Of a stretch of 64,000 bases of DNA, positions 62,743-64,000 are shown piece by piece (positions within the stretch are counted from its first letter, which is position 1; every line of letters starts with the position of its first letter). A program made the translations under genes and the position numbers. The notes beneath the pieces are model-generated. The model made no database searches, was not told the origin of the DNA, and saw nothing but the letters and a program-made list of their open reading frames with translations. Origin of the DNA: Candidatus Dojkabacteria bacterium (GTDB taxonomy: Bacteria; Patescibacteriota; Dojkabacteria; SC72); the NCBI GenBank assembly GCA_040765985.1, contig JAXGRK010000001.1, positions 72,513 to 136,512 of the forward strand. The letters are read 5' to 3'.

Positions 62743-63479
62743 ATGGAGGGAACAGCAATGAGTATACTCTTTTCACTTCTAGCAATTATTGGCCCACTCC
62801 TTGTATTTGGAATAATTCTGTATATAATTATTACTATGATTAAAAATAATGAAAAGAAAACCAAGTTTAAACTCTCTCCTAAAATACTCTTACAAATATA
62901 TCTATATGTAATCTCATTTCTAACATTAGCAATTGCCGTCATTGGGGTATCTTTAGCAATAAAAGCTGGTAGCTCATATTACGTTGATTTACCATTCTCA
63001 TATACTCTTCAGAAAGCAAATAGCTATGAAGATTTTACTAAGTTTGAAGACCCCACAATCCAAGATAAAGAAGAGTTTGAGGAGTGTTACAATGGCAAAA
63101 CAGTACAAGAATACGGCAAAGATTTCTGTTTTGATTCATCACAAAGAAAATCTGATTTGATTACAGGAATATCTCTCTTCGTTTCAATGACAATACTATT
63201 TATAGTACATCAGTACGCAATATCAAAGATTAAGGAAAAAGATTCTATTATTTGGTTAAAGAAGCTATATACATTCCTTTCTCTAATTCTATATAGTATA
63301 GCTGGAATAATAGTTATACCAACTTCCATATATCTTTTAACAAACTACTTTCTTTTTGAAATAACAGATGAAACCTACTCTACTCCTCTGCACCAGCAAT
63401 GGCATTGGCATTCATGATATTTATCATTCCCCTTTGGATATATTTCTTAAGAAAGACAACTCAACTTAAAGAAGAGTAA
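62743..63479 (+). CDS. hypothetical multi-pass membrane protein, frameshift near 63385-63392
   Basis: 224-aa ORF with 4-5 TM segments. After the shift the frame continues APAMALAFMIFIIPLWIYFLRKTTQLKEE* (a further TM) to TAA at 63477-63479. Confidence 0.4.
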
Positions 63480-63518
63480 TTTACAGATTCTTAGAATATT
63501 GTATAATCGTTGTTACAC

Positions 63519-63595
63519 GCTGGATTAGCTCAGTTGGTTAGAGCACATTCATGGTAAGAATGAGGTCCTGAGTTCGACTCTCAGATCCAGCTCCA
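63519..63595 (+). tRNA. tRNA-Thr (anticodon GGU), CCA encoded
   Basis: Acceptor GCTGGAT/ATCCAGC, anticodon stem CATTC/GAATG with loop ATGGTAA, T arm CTGAG-TTCGACT-CTCAG. Confidence 0.9.
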
Positions 63596-63599
63596 CCCC

Positions 63600-64000
63600 C
63601 TAATTAAAATTAGATAACAATAACTCCATTGGAACTTCTTGGTTCGGATCTAAATATATCTTATTAAATGTAGAGACTCCCTCAACAATCAATTCGTTTC
63701 CAATCTTAGTTAAAACAGCCCAAGATAGATACCCAATATGATTTCCGGTTTCTTTATCGGGTTTTATTAAAAAACGGTCGTTAGGAGTTAATACCTTTCC
63801 ATTTTCTCCATTAACAATCCTCTTAGCAATCCCACTGCTAGTACCAGATGTAACAATAGGAACAACATAGTGATCTTTTCCATCATTAAGATTCATTGAC
63901 TCTAAGTCACCTGGCACTGCGATTGCAAAAGGTACAATCCCTATCTCTTTGTCTCCTACATCTTCAGGTATTTTATATAATAAAGGTATAATTTCTCCAG
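63600..64000 (-). CDS. hypothetical protein, 5' end beyond window
   Basis: The frame of the 105-aa ORF stays open upstream to position 64000 (..GEIIPLLYKIPEDVGDKEIGIVPFAIAVPGDLES...). No family recognised. Confidence 0.35.
   Translation of the reverse strand, partial: GEIIPLLYKIPEDVGDKEIGIVPFAIAVPGDLESMNLNDGKDHYVVPIVTSGTSSGIAKRIVNGENGKVLTPNDRFLIKPDKETGNHIGYLSWAVLTKIGNELIVEGVSTFNKIYLDPNQEVPMELLLSNFN

Overview
AT-rich, gene-dense 64-kb bacterial chromosomal segment, with most genes on the minus strand. Most of it is core housekeeping: ruvC-ruvA-ruvB, dnaB, dnaX-ybaB-recR, mfd, topA, ssb, cysS, prfA-prmC, frr-tsf-rpsB, pth, ybeY, ychF, ribosomal proteins S2/S6/S18/S21/L28/L31, mreB-mreC-mreD-PBP2, an lgt-like gene with lspA and rluD, and the HtrA/CtpA/RseP proteases. 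There are five tRNAs: Leu-CAA, Ser-UGA, Thr-UGU, Tyr-GUA, Thr-GGU. The proteins are very divergent and the start codons I inspected lack Shine-Dalgarno sequences. An archaeal-type AMP-salvage pair (AMP phosphorylase + ribose-1,5-bisphosphate isomerase) is present. Together these suggest a Candidate Phyla Radiation / Patescibacteria-like organism (inference only). The accessory content is concentrated in a plus-strand island at 31.6-38.6 kb around tRNA-Ser. The island holds a beta-class SPPY DNA methyltransferase convergent with an unrecognised protein carrying DHH-like motifs, then a four-gene cluster. That cluster has two secreted beta-rich proteins sharing a C-terminal Y-x-E-x-V-Y-F-I strand and two signal-peptide/C-terminal-TM Ig-like proteins. 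It resembles Gram-positive WxL/Csc surface-complex loci and is my best candidate for an undescribed system. Other notable items are an orphan VirD4/TraG-like ATPase, a Cys-rich LPXTG-like (VPQTG) surface protein, an S2 protein with an alpha-CTD-like HhH tail, and two GC-rich non-coding tracts. One of those tracts is a ~140-nt rod-like RNA candidate with its own promoter and terminator. The dominant sequence-level anomaly is that at least 20 genes are frame-disrupted, including essential ones (topA, rpsB, frr, pth, mrdA, mreC, recR). Every frameshift I located exactly (7) lies at a short base run, and there are three in-frame stops. Consensus or assembly error is the most likely cause, so pseudogene calls here are provisional. 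No CRISPR array, rRNA, transposase or integrase was seen.
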